Shown here one piece after another: positions 37,338-38,780 of a stretch of 38,780 nucleotides of DNA (positions are counted from its first letter, which is position 1; each line of letters starts with the position of its first letter). The position numbers and the translations under genes were made by a program. A model generated the notes under the pieces. That model was not told the DNA's origin and ran no database searches. It saw only the letters and a program-made list of their open reading frames with translations. The DNA comes from Acidimicrobiales bacterium (GTDB lineage: Bacteria > Actinomycetota > Acidimicrobiia > Acidimicrobiales > RAAP-2): positions 1 through 38,780 of the forward strand of contig DATCFS010000212.1 in the NCBI GenBank assembly GCA_036509375.1, read 5' to 3'.

Positions 37338-38510
37338 TTAGGGCGCTGCCGTCGTAGTCGTCGTGGGGACGGCCGTCGTCGTCGTGGGGACCGATGTGGT
37401 CGTCGGTGCGGTGCTGGATGGGTTGGGCAACGTCGTGATGAGTGCCCCCGTCGTTATCAACATTTCAGTGAGCGAACCGGTTGCCGCCCCCGAGGTCTGG
37501 CTATTCGCTCCGGAACGACTGGCGACCCAGAGGTCGTTGCCCGACACGGCGAACGCAGAAAGCAAGGAGAAGTAATAGGGGCCGTTCGTGTTGCACATGA
37601 ACCAGTACGGCGTGCCATTCGTCGCCGACACCTTGGTGACCATGGGACTCGTGCCGAAGGGGGTCATCACGTAGACGTTGCCGTGTGCGGCAATGACGGT
37701 TGAAGGTTGACCAAAGCCGTACGGGCCGTCACTGTCGGAATAGGTCGCCACGACCGCGCCAGTCGACGCGTTGATGTCGGTCGCGGCGTTGCTGGCGCTG
37801 TCGGCAACCCACACTCTGCCGTTCGAAAAGACGACGCCATCAGGAGAATCTAATCCTTGTCCCCTCACTACTCGTACGAGCGCCCCATTCCCTCCATTGA
37901 TTTCGGTGATCGCGTTGGTGCCCTTGTCGGCAACGAACACGTCTCGTCCGGAAACGGAAAGTGCGACCGGATTGACGAAGGCGAACGTCGCGCCCGAGAC
38001 CGTGCGAACCAACGCCCCGGTTCGAGCATTGAGTTCGGTGATGGATCCCGGCACACTCGCACTGCCGGCGTTGAGTACAAAGATGGTCGGACCCCACGAC
38101 GTGATGGCGACGGGGTCCGCGAAGTGAAACCGCGCACCTGAGATATTACGAACGAACGCGCCGCTGCTTGACGTCATCTCCGTCACGGAATTGCCCGCGT
38201 TCGCAATGAAGAGATTGGACCCACTCCGTGTGATGGCGTCGGGCCGATTGAAGCCGAAACCCCCGCTTCGAACGAAGCTCGCGAGCCACGCGCCCGTCGA
38301 TGGATTGATCTCGGTGACCGAATCACCCGCCTCGTTAGTCACCCAAAGGTGTCCGCTGCCGATCGCTAAACCAGAAGGTTGGTCGAACTCCCTCGCTCCG
38401 TTCAGGTGCCCATTCGACGCGTTCGCCGGCGCCACCACAGCCAGTGCCCCCACGACGAGCATGACCGCGAGGGACCCAACTGCGCCTTGGAACCACCGGG
38501 ATCGGTTCAC
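37338..38510 (-). CDS. Secreted 7-bladed beta-propeller protein (NHL/YncE-like) with Thr/Pro-rich tail
   Basis: Sec signal ending APANA; seven repeats of F-x2-P...V(W/F)V...TE(I/L)N..TGA; C-terminal PTTT repeats. Confidence 0.78.
   Translation of the reverse strand: MNRSRWFQGAVGSLAVMLVVGALAVVAPANASNGHLNGAREFDQPSGLAIGSGHLWVTNEAGDSVTEINPSTGAWLASFVRSGGFGFNRPDAITRSGSNLFIANAGNSVTEMTSSSGAFVRNISGARFHFADPVAITSWGPTIFVLNAGSASVPGSITELNARTGALVRTVSGATFAFVNPVALSVSGRDVFVADKGTNAITEINGGNGALVRVVRGQGLDSPDGVVFSNGRVWVADSASNAATDINASTGAVVATYSDSDGPYGFGQPSTVIAAHGNVYVMTPFGTSPMVTKVSATNGTPYWFMCNTNGPYYFSLLSAFAVSGNDLWVASRSGANSQTSGAATGSLTEMLITTGALITTLPNPSSTAPTTTSVPTTTTAVPTTTTTAAP
37347..37413 (-). repeat. Low-complexity (A/V)PTTT(T) coding repeat
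   Basis: gtcgtcgtggggac occurs twice; protein reads STAPTTTSVPTTTTAVPTTTTTAAP. Confidence 0.7.
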
Positions 38511-38639
38511 CTAAGGAATCGTATCGCTGCCCCTTGGAGAAGTGGTCGTTGCCGGAGTGGTGCGTCTCATCTCGGTCACCCGATTTCGGCGCCCAAGACG
38601 CCCGTGTGAAGCGCCAGCGGCGATAGTACGTTGTCTGCA

Positions 38640-38780
38640 ATGTCAAGTCATCGGGCGCCGGAGAACGACCTCAATCGCTCGGCCGCGTTGGTGCGGGCGC
38701 TCGGTCGAAAGATGCTGCTGAGCCTTCTTCTCGTCGCTGGCGTGCTGGCCGTACCCGTCATCGAGGTGACGAGTGCGCAC
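38640..38780 (+). CDS. 5' part of a probable secreted protein (runs off the window)
   Basis: Open frame MSSHRAPENDLNRSAALVRALGRKMLLSLLLVAGVLAVPVIEVTSAH with a signal-like hydrophobic stretch. TACGTT (38627-38632)-N7-ATG. Confidence 0.5.
   Translation, partial: MSSHRAPENDLNRSAALVRALGRKMLLSLLLVAGVLAVPVIEVTSAH

Noticed and set aside
37252-37413. CRISPR or mobile-element repeats
   Set aside because: The repeats are 8-bp operator half-sites or Thr-codon runs. No spacers, cas genes, transposase or integrase were seen in the window.

Overview
High-GC chromosomal window from an actinobacterium, plausibly Acidimicrobiia-like. This is an inference from the GAAC-N4-GTTC LexA box, the imuA'-imuB-dnaE2 cassette and many TANNNT-N6-ATG leaderless starts. 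About 36 CDS; no mobile elements, CRISPR, rRNA or tRNA were recognised. In order: peptide ABC importer plus proline iminopeptidase; MacB/LolD-type ABC pair; ychF; ahcY; Zn-ribbon membrane protein; APH-like kinase; two tandem PIG-L deacetylases; NRAMP-related (Mg2+-type) transporter with a soluble MgtE_N/CBS partner; ltaE; hotdog thioesterase-fabH-nucleotidyltransferase; VOC protein; SOS mutasome divergent from an SRAP/YedK gene; DMT transporter; Erm(37)-like methyltransferase; LLM oxidoreductase; HAD phosphatase; questin-oxidase-like protein; sensor-GGDEF-EAL protein; RibD_C protein; padR-ABC exporter; secreted 7-blade beta-propeller. The strongest novelty candidates are non-coding or tiny-ORF elements. 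(1) A ~260-nt highly structured minus-strand RNA at ~24980-25240 with its own putative promoter and 3' stem, a candidate Ms1/6S-like or new ncRNA. (2) A leaderless 22-codon uORF with an R-A-R (+X+) motif straddling the SD-less start of the Erm(37)-like gene in the +1 frame. (3) A non-M-box attenuator-like leader with an SD-sequestering hairpin in front of the NRAMP-type Mg2+ transporter. All family calls are from recognised motifs; no database searches were run.
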